Position numbers and translations under genes: made by a program. The notes beneath the pieces were generated by a model. That model worked only from the letters and a program-made list of their open reading frames with translations, was not told where the DNA came from and did no database searches. Below, in pieces: positions 10,901-19,137 of a stretch of DNA of 41,545 nt. The stretch is from Thraustochytrium aureum (taxonomy: Eukaryota). The stretch is taken from NCBI GenBank assembly GCA_012862495.1, contig BLSG01000238.1, positions 1 through 41,545 on the forward strand, read 5' to 3'. Each line of letters starts with the position of its first letter. The stretch's first letter is position 1.

Positions 10901-11073
10901 TCAGCGCCGGACTTGGCGTGGCTTGCCTCTCCTTTCCCGTTCCGCGCAGCTCGCTCGCCATCGCTCGCGTTCAACGAGGCAGATACCTGGGATACTTGCG
11001 AGGAAGCCGCAGCCCCGACAGACTTGCCCGCTTCAAGAGCAGCTTTCCGGGCCTTTTCCAACTGGGACCACAT
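4933..11073 (-). CDS. Giant coiled-coil golgin with C-terminal GRIP domain (trans-Golgi tether, about 2000 aa); broken by two gaps and several indels
   Basis: Collinear E/A/K/Q-rich coiled-coil ORFs (11073-9235, 9371-8376, 8283-7411, 7248-4933) end in TEYLKNVMLKYFGAPKEERAQLVPVIGTILHFSPSELREA. This matches the GRIP consensus (EYLKNV..F...LV.VI..IL.FSP.E), including the conserved Tyr used for Arl1 binding. Confidence 0.88.
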
Positions 11074-11548
11074 CGCGCGGTCCGCCTGCCTCCTGCCTCA
11101 ATCTCCTTGTCCTCGTCACGCCTGTAGTCGACTCGCGCGCGACTCGGAAGGTCTGTGGGGCGCGCCGCGACCTTGGCCGCGTCACCGCCCTCCACGTGGC
11201 CAGGCCTCGCAAACGCCAGAAAGACCAGAGCTCGGCGCCACAGCCCGGGCAACAACTGAACCAGGCGAGCGACCAGGGAATCTCTCGCGGGCTCCCACCC
11301 ACGAGGGCCGCGCAGTCGCTGCCACCGCCGCCGCCGCTGCCGTCCCTTCAAGCGTTCGACCGGGATCTGCTACTTCTTTACGCTGCTGCTGCAGGTCCTG
11401 TTCTGGCCCATGTCCGTGCGGCCGCGCGCTGGTTGCAGCAGGGCTCGAGCACGGCGGCGCTTGCGAGGAGGCGGGCGACTCCGCGTTGGCCGCAGGGCTG
11501 CCAGGGAAAGGACCGGGCGAAAAATCGCTTGCGAGGTGTTCGTCTACA

Positions 11549-11582
11549 GATGGATGGACGGATAGATAGATGGATGGATGGA
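11549..11582. repeat. (GGAT/AGAT)n tetranucleotide microsatellite
   Basis: gatggatggacggatagatagatggatggatgga seen directly. Confidence 0.7.
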
Positions 11583-11701
11583 CGGTATAGGATAGTGTTC
11601 GAGGAGTGGGCTCCGTGCGCGCGGTTGTAACTGGCACCGCGCTCGTAGTTCACAATTGAGCCACGGACAGAAGTGGAGCCGGCCTGTTTGCCGGCCGGCG
11701 G

Positions 11702-13306
11702 TCAAATCTCGAGGTTTGATTTTTCGGTTGCCGCGAAAGAGCCTTCGAAAAACGCAACGCCAGGGCTGGTGAGCGAAAAGTGCGACCCAGAGCTCCCAAA
11801 TGAACTCGCTTTGGCAGAGCGCGACCTCGAGTGCGAGACAATCGCCATCGCCGAAGTCTTGAAGACGTGCACGTGCAAAATCTTTGGCAAGAAAAGGCTG
11901 ACGAGCATCGGGAGCACCGTGAGCAGAACCGCCCCCGACCGCACGAGGTACATGACGCTCACGTCGGTGATGACAACAACAAGCAGCGCAAGCGCGACAG
12001 CGTGCACCACAATGCCACCCGCTAGCGCGGAAGACATGGTGCGCGCCTCGCTCATCACGCGGTGGATCCCCTTGCTTGTCTTGGCGAGAAAGAACCCGAA
12101 AAACAGCATGGCGATGTGGAAAGCCAGCAAAAGGCCCCCGAAAATCCAGGCAGACTTGCTGGAACACACGCCCACAAAGCCGAGCGTCAAGGCGTCGGCT
12201 CCCTCGCCCTGCGAGATCGGCTTGCTGGTGTACCGGAGCGGGTCCACAGCAGTCCACAGCGCGAGCGCGAGGACGTCGACGGCGACGCACGCCAATACGA
12301 TACGACCTGCGTGCGCCTTGCTAAAGCGTATCTCCCGGAAGGTCTTGTTCTTGTAGATCTTGATGATGCGGTAGATTTTGGCGTACAGGGTGGCGATCAT
12401 CAGCGTAAACCCGACGCTAAAGGTCCACGCCTGCGCCTGGCAGGCAAAGTCGGACGCGATTCCTGTCAGCAAGATCGTCACGGACGTGACGGCCGCTCCG
12501 AGGAGAACGACGACGAGCAGCTCGGGCTGAGCCGCAACTACAATAGAGTCTTGACGCCACCAGGTCATCCAGCCGAGCAGGCCGAATACCGCTGCGGCCA
12601 GCACGCCGAGCATCACGTAGCCGACAATGAGCGCGGATGATGATACGTGCTCGGGCCGAGGGTTGAGCGTGGCGACGACGCCAATGTCGTTCCAGGTCAG
12701 CCCGTCGGCGCTCCTGACAGAGGCGAGAGCCAACAAGGCAATCGCGCCGTCGCTCTGCGCCTCAATCTGGATCGGGAAGCTGTACTTGCCGTTCGAAGTT
12801 GGCGAGGTTTCGATTGTGAAGGCTGCGCCTGTTGTCTCCCGCGTTTCCTCTGGCTCGCTTGAGCTGATCAGGATTGGGGAGCATTCGTCGCCGTCAGCGC
12901 AGCCTTTGAAGCGGAACGAGATGGCAATGACGCCCGAGGAAGAAACGACTGTGCCGTCCGGAATGAGCGCATTTTCCGCCCCGTTGGTGCTGCCGATGCC
13001 GAGGACGAAGGTGACCTCGAATTTGGTGGCGGTGTTGCCTTGAAGAAGCACGACAGCGTGCGCTGCCATCGTCAGTCCCGCGTCGCATTCCTGGTCGGGC
13101 TCTGGAGCGATTGAGGCGTTTGTGCTGCGGACCCAGCACAGCGGATTACCAGATTGGTCCTTGCTGACGGCCTTGATGAGCTCCGGCTGCGAACGCAGTG
13201 CCGGCTGCAGTTCGCGAGCGCGATGCGCTGGCGGCGCTGGCGCGGCGCAAGCGACCGCCGCTGCGGCAAGCAGAGCGGACAGCGCACGGAACGCCTTGGT
13301 CGTCAT
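11702..13306 (-). CDS. Class C (GABA-B/glutamate family, 7tm_3) G-protein-coupled receptor with signal peptide, about 534 aa
   Basis: Signal peptide MTTKAFRALSALLAAAAVACA, then seven hydrophobic segments with class C motifs: WRQDSIVVAAQPELL..VLLGA, C....W.FSVGFTL....LYAKIYRI..I, LALWTAVDPL, ECL2 Cys (GVCSS), FLAKT...SEAR, LFLPK. Confidence 0.85.
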   Translation of the reverse strand: MTTKAFRALSALLAAAAVACAAPAPPAHRARELQPALRSQPELIKAVSKDQSGNPLCWVRSTNASIAPEPDQECDAGLTMAAHAVVLLQGNTATKFEVTFVLGIGSTNGAENALIPDGTVVSSSGVIAISFRFKGCADGDECSPILISSSEPEETRETTGAAFTIETSPTSNGKYSFPIQIEAQSDGAIALLALASVRSADGLTWNDIGVVATLNPRPEHVSSSALIVGYVMLGVLAAAVFGLLGWMTWWRQDSIVVAAQPELLVVVLLGAAVTSVTILLTGIASDFACQAQAWTFSVGFTLMIATLYAKIYRIIKIYKNKTFREIRFSKAHAGRIVLACVAVDVLALALWTAVDPLRYTSKPISQGEGADALTLGFVGVCSSKSAWIFGGLLLAFHIAMLFFGFFLAKTSKGIHRVMSEARTMSSALAGGIVVHAVALALLVVVITDVSVMYLVRSGAVLLTVLPMLVSLFLPKILHVHVFKTSAMAIVSHSRSRSAKASSFGSSGSHFSLTSPGVAFFEGSFAATEKSNLEI

Positions 13307-13797
13307 TGCCCTGGTCGATGGGAATGCGATGCAGCGCTTGATCGAGATTTGGTCTTTGCACAGCCTTNNNNNNNNNNNNNNNNNNNNNNNNNNNNNNNNN
13401 NNNNNNNNNNNNNNNNNNNNNNNNNNNNNNNNNNNNNNNNNNNNNNNNNNNNNNNNNNNNNNNNNNNNNNNNNNNNNNNNNNNNNNNNNNNNNNNNNNNN
13501 NNNNNNNNNNNNNNNNNNNNNNNNNNNNNNNNNNNNNNNNNNNNNNNNNNNNNNNNNNNNNNNNNNNNNNNNNNNGGCCTACTTGCCCATCTCTCCAGCA
13601 CAGCACGCACACTTGAGCTCGTCCCCCGTGCTCGTGGCGTCTGCGTTGGCAGATCCCTCGCCGCGATTTGGTGTCAAGGTGGATGCGATGTTGTCTCCAG
13701 GGCCTTGAAGTGCGAGAGGGGGCGGCTGGCTTGTCGGGGTGTGTGGTGTGCTTGTGGCGAGCGTGATCGACGCGTCAACAGTGAAATGGATTCCGAT

Positions 13798-13860
13798 GAC
13801 TCGACCGCCCACACGCTCTTTCCGACTCGACCGCCCACACGCTCTCGGAAAGAGCGTGTG
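13798..13860. repeat. 22-bp direct repeat nested with a 16-bp perfect inverted repeat
   Basis: GACTCGACCGCCCACACGCTCT at 13798-13819 and 13824-13845. CACACGCTCTTTCCGA (13810-13825) is the exact reverse complement of TCGGAAAGAGCGTGTG (13845-13860). Confidence 0.85.
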
Positions 13861-13893
13861 TTGTTGTTGTTGTTGTTGTTGATGATGATGATG
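13861..13893. repeat. Compound (TTG)n(ATG)n microsatellite
   Basis: Seen directly. Confidence 0.8.
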
Positions 13894-16137
13894 TTGGCAG
13901 AAAATCTCCGTGACGCCTCGCAAAATAGCCTGCCAGCAAGGATTGGTGGTGGCGAGGGTGCGGCTTGGCTCCCGAAGACGCTGCTTTGCGGCAGCAACCA
14001 ACATCGCTCTGCCAGTGCCTTTTTCGATCGCGATTCGGGACAAGTCAAAAATGGACTACTCTCTTGAAAAACACCACTGGAACTCCAATTCGCAGGCGGC
14101 ATAAGGCGGCCACTTCACGTCGTCGGCGTAGCTGTTGTCCCGTGGGTGGGACAAGGCAGCGCCAGGCCCAACAGCACAGCCTGAGAGCCGTGCGTGCCCA
14201 TGGCCGCAGGACATCCTCCTTCACGGGGCACAGATCGCAGGTTAGCAGCGCTCCAGCACGAGCCAAGTCCAGGCTCGCACGGGTTGGCTCAACGGCGTCA
14301 CGTGGATTGCATTTTGTCCCTCACAAGCCACAAAGGAAAAAACGCTCGCCCGTCGACGCTGTGGGCCACGATACGTCGACCGCACACTTGGATCCATCCA
14401 CGCTACTCTCTCTAGCTAGAGCTAGGAGCTCCCGGTGCGGTTTGGGTTTGTCACGCTTGCTCGCTTGACGGTCGATCGATTTGATTCCTTCGCTTCACAC
14501 GTCCCCGTGACGTCCGCGCCATATAGGAACGGTTTAGGAACAGATTAGGAACGGTGGATTAGCTGATGGCGGAGAAACAGGAAACCCACGTAAAAAGGTA
14601 TAAAATCTGGAAACCGAATTAACGGCAAGTACTTGACTCGCGCACCGTGCCCCGCTACGACACCTTTCGAATGGGACGCGTCGTGCCCAAGCCCAAGCCT
14701 CCCTCCCCCGCTCCCTCGCTCGTCTTCGCACGGCACAAGCAGAAGGCGCTGCCTGCAAGGAGAATGCTGCCAGTGGCTCCTTGGTGGCATGGCACCCTCT
14801 CGCCGCGACAGAGCGTTGCTGGCACATACGCCGTGGATTCATCAAGCGGTCAAGAGCCCCTGGAAGTGTCGTTGTCAACGCGAACGGCTCTGCTGCCCCA
14901 TGGTGTCCTTTTGGGACTGGTCACTGGAGCCAAACCATACCGACTTGACGTGGGCAGACTCGAAACAGCACGCGAGCAAGCACCAGACCAAGNNNNNNNN
15001 NNNNNNNNNNNNNNNNNNNNNNNNNNNNNNNNNNNNNNNNNNNNNNNNNNNNNNNNNNNNNNNNNNNNNNNNNNNNNNNNNNNNNNNNNNNNNNNNNNNN
15101 NNNNNNNNNNNNNNNNNNNNNNNNNNNNNNNNNNNNNNNNNNNNNNNNNNNNNNNNNNNNNNNNNNNNNNNNNNNNNNNNNNNNNNNNNNNNNNNNNNNN
15201 NNNNNNNNNNNNNNNNNNNNNNNNNNNNNNNNNNNNNNNNNNNNNNNNNNNNNNNNNNNNNNNNNNNNNNNNNNNNNNNNNNNNNNNNNNNNNNNNNNNN
15301 NNNNNNNNNNNNNNNNNNNNNNNNNNNNNNNNNNNNNNNNNNNNNNNNNNNNNNNNNNNNNNNNNNNNNNNNNNNNNNNNNNNNNNNNNNNNNNNNNNNN
15401 NNNNNNNNNNNNNNNNNNNNNNNNNNNNNNNNNNNNNNNNNNNNNNNNNNNNNNNNNNNNNNNNNNNNNNNNNNNNNNNNNNNNNNNNNNNNNNNNNNNN
15501 NNNNNNNNNNNNNNNNNNNNNNNNNNNNNNNNNNNNNNNNNNNNNNNNNNNNNNNNNNNNNNNNNNNNNNNNNNNNNNNNNNNNNNNNNNNNNNNNNNNN
15601 NNNNNNNNNNNNNNNNNNNNNNNNNNNNNNNNNNNNNNNNNNNNNNNNNNNNNNNNNNNNNNNNNNNNNNNNNNNNNNNNNNNNNNNNNNNNNNNNNNNN
15701 NNNNNNNNNNNNNNNNNNNNNNNNNNNNNNNNNNNNNNNNNNNNNNNNNNNNNNNNNNNNNNNNNNNNNNNNNNNNNNNNCGAGGCGCACTGTTGACGCT
15801 GCAGAGCACTCGCCTCGCCGCGCGGATCGGCGCTCGCTACGGGCGTCTAGCTGCTGGGAGTGCCACCGCGTCTGGTCCGGCGCCCGGAAAAGCGAGCAGT
15901 CGGCTGCTCGAAGGACTCGCCCGACCGCCGAGGCTGGAAGGTTGGAAGGTTGGAAGGGGCTGGCCCGCACGCCGGGGCTGCGGCTCCTGCTGCGCTGCAA
16001 GTGCGGCGGTGGTGGCCGACGAGATGCGCAACTTTGAGCGCCTTGGGGTTTGCTTGGGACCCAACGCTGCCGCCTCGGCGCCGCTGGTTGCCGCGGGGGC
16101 CGGCGGCTCTGCAAGACTCGAGCACTCGCTTGACAGC

Positions 16138-17483
16138 ATGACCGCCAGCGCCAGCGGCGCGCGCATGGAGCTAACGCTGGGCCAACGCGTGGTGTCGGCG
16201 TCTGTTGGCGCAGTCCTCACGTCGCTCTTGGTAACCCCATTGGATGTCGTCAAGACACGGCTGCACGCGCAAGTGCAGCAGGTAGAATGCATTGAGGCGC
16301 GCTCCGCGGCAGAGTGCCCGCGCTGCACGCACTTTTCCTTGCACAACGGCCTGATTGACGTGATGCTTCCCAAGACAACAAACCCGCACGCCTTTGGGTG
16401 CCCGCAGCACTTTACCGGCACCGCGGACGCGCTGTACAAAATCGCAAAGTACGAGGGCGTTGGCTCGCTGTACAACGGGCTGCGGCCCAGCCTGATCATG
16501 GCTGTCCCGTCGACAGTGCTGTACTTTGCTAGCTACGACAAGCTTCGCAACTGGATGCAGGACAAGTACGGGTTTGGCAACGTGGCGGCCCCGCTGCTCG
16601 CCGGGACCTCGGCGCGCACGCTCGCTGCGACGGCGATCGCACCGCTTGAGCTGGTGCGCACCAAGATCCAGGCAATGAACAACCCGCCGCCTCTCATGCG
16701 GATAGCGCGCACTCAGGTCAGGTCGGATGGCGTCCTGTCCTTGTGGCGCGGGCTCGCGCCGACGCTGATGCGCGACGTCCCGTTCAGCGCGGTCTACTGG
16801 GTGTGCGTAGAGCGATGCAAAGAGCACGTGCGCCCGCTCGTCATGAGCTGGTCGCTCGGGCGTCCAGTACGTGGCGGTAGCACTGCTGCTTTGACGGGCG
16901 TGCCTCGGCATGCGGCCCAGCCACGGCCCAGCTCCTTGGAGGANNNNNNNNNNNNNNNNNNNNNNNNNNNNNNNNNNNNNNNNNNNNNNNNNNNNNNNNN
17001 NNNNNNNNNNNNNNNNNNNNNNNNNNNNNNNNNNNNNNNNNNNNNNNNNNNNNNNNNNNNNNNNNNNNNNNNNNNNNNNNNNNNNNNNNNNNNNNNNNNN
17101 NNNNNNNNNNNNNNNNNNNNNNNNNNNNNNNNNNNNNNNNNNNNNNNNNNNNNNNNNNNNNNNNNNNNNNNNNNNNNNNNNNNNNNNNNNNNNNNNNNNN
17201 NNNNNNNNNNNNNNNNNNNNNNNNNNNNNNNNNNNNNNNNNNNNNNNTTCGACGTCGTCAAGACGCGCCGACAGGTGTTCGACTACGCCGTCGACCTGCC
17301 GGACAACGCGCGTCGCCAGGCCGGCTCGCTGGACATAATGCGCCGCATTTGGCTAAAGGAGGGCCTGCAAGGTTTTTCCTGGGGCTCACGCCGCGGCTCG
17401 GCAAGATTATGCCTGCCTGTGCCATCATGCTCTCCTCCTACGAGGGCGGCAAGTCGCTCTTTTTGACGAACAAGCTCGACTAG
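16138..17483 (+). CDS. Mitochondrial carrier, SLC25A39/SLC25A40/Mtm1 subfamily; internal gap and a frameshift in a T-run at 17373-17377
   Basis: Three carrier signatures Px[DE]xx[KR]x[RK] (PLDVVKTR, PLELVRTK, .FDVVKTR). Subfamily motifs: QRVVSASVGAVLTSLLVTPLDVVKTRL, EG..SL..GL.P.L.MAVP.TV.YF..YD.LR, LWRGL.PTL.RDVPFSA.YW. The shifted frame ends GLTPRLGKIMPACAIMLSSYEGGK...*. Confidence 0.9.
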
Positions 17484-17800
17484 GTGGCCGCGTCTCCTCC
17501 GGGGAGCTAGCTGCACGGCCGGCTGGCGTGGTCTCTCGCGTGTACACTCCTACGACCTCGTGTGTTGTTGTTCTATGCTGTTCTGAACGAGTATCGACAG
17601 GGGCGCGCGCGCCTGCTGCGGCTGCGCCATTGAAGCAGGGCAAATGGCTTGGTTGGTACTCCATCTGTTGGCTCGCACTGCTCAGCGCGTCGCGGGGCAG
17701 GGCGCAGCAGCGCAAATCGAAGATAGTGCACATCAGATTTTTTGTTTGTTTCGCCCGTCATCATCGACGTTTTTCAAAGAGCGCAGGACCCGTCAAGTGC

Positions 17801-18329
17801 CTAGCTTGCGGGCGTGGGCGGCTCCTTGGCGCGCTGCTTGACGTTCTCCTGAAACGCGACCATCGTAAAGTTGCCCGCGGGCGCAATGATCATCTCGTAG
17901 TTGCGGGTTTTGAGGCGGAGGCACTCTACCTCGTTGTTGGGCGGCGCGAGGAGGTCCTGGCACCCAGCCATGCAATGAAACACCAGGTTGCTCACAGTTC
18001 CAGCCAGCTGCACGCACTTGCGGTACCCGCCGTCGCCGTCCGTGTTCGGAAAGCCTTCGAACCGCAGCACGATCCCATCTGTCTCGCAAGCAAGCCTCGC
18101 CGTCAGCAACCTGCCCAGCAGCCTGTTTCGCCCCTCTAGATGCCAAACGCACCTTTGTTGTAAATCACATATCGCGACACATTTTCGATCGCCATCACGC
18201 GCTTGATCACCTCATCCACATCGTTTGTCTGCTGCGCCGCCGCCTGCTCCTCCGGCCCGCGTCAGCGCGACGAGCAAGGCAAAAAGCTGCGAAACAAAAC
18301 ACAACAAAACCAGCCCCCAAACTCACCAT
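17801..18329 (-). CDS. DYNLRB: Dynein light chain roadblock/LC7 family, 123 aa; exons 18329-18327, 18243-18153, 18078-17801
   Basis: Spliced translation: M|AAAQQTNDVDEVIKRVMAIENVSRYVIYNK|DGIVLRFEGF...CVQLAGTVSNLV...LLAPPNNEVECLRLKTRNYEMIIAPAGNFTMVAFQ. Matches the roadblock pattern (V.E.LKRI...V....I.N.DGI.I; N.L..LR.RT...E...AP...F...V.Q). Exon lengths 3+91+278 stay in frame. Confidence 0.85.
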
Positions 18330-19137
18330 CCCCAGCCCGTTGCACACCGCAGCCGCTGGCTCGCGCAAGCCCAAGCCCGCGCGGCCGCCTTCCCGCGTAC
18401 CCAGCGGCGCTACGACCACCACGCGCTTGCGTCGCCCAGCAAGCACCCTCGCGCTCGCCAAACCCCCTCTCGGTAGCAGCTCTGCGCGCTCTCCCGCAAC
18501 GGTCGTATGGGCCGCCAGGGCTTCACCCACGCCATCGGAGCAAACGAACAAAGCCGAGCACCCTACGTTCTTTGTTGTTGTTCATCGTTGTTCATNNNNN
18601 NNNNNNNNNNNNNNNNNNNNNNNNNNNNNNNNNNNNNNNNNNNNNNNNNNNNNNNNNNNNNNNNNNNNNNNNNNNNNNNNNNNNNNNNNNNNNNNNNNNN
18701 NNNNNNNNNNNNNNNNNNNNNNNNNNNNNNNNNNNNNNNNNNNNNNNNNNNNNNNNNNNNNNNNNNNNNNNNNNNNNNNNNNNNNNNNNNNNNNNNNNNN
18801 NNNNNNNNNNNNNNNNNNNNNNNNNNNNNNNNNNNNNNNNNNNNNNNNNNNNNNNNNNNNNNNNNNNNNNNNNNNNNNNNNNNNNNNNNNNNNNNNNNNN
18901 NNNNNNNNNNNNNNNNNNNNNNNNNNNNNNNNNNNNNNNNNNNNNNNNNNNNNNNNNNNNNNNNNNNNNNNNNNNNNNNNNNNNNNNNNNNNNNNNNNNN
19001 NNNNNNNNNNNNNNNNNNNNNNNNNNNNNNNNNNNNNNNNNNNNNNNNNNNNNNNNNNNNNNNNNNNNNNNNNNNNNNNNNNNNNNNNNNNNNNNNNNNN
19101 NNNNNNNNNNNNNNNNNNNNNNNNNNNNNNNNNNNNC

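Noticed and set aside
14647..17466. 939-aa ORF and other very long ORFs spanning N runs
   Set aside because: They are artefacts of translating through gaps. The carrier begins at about 16138.
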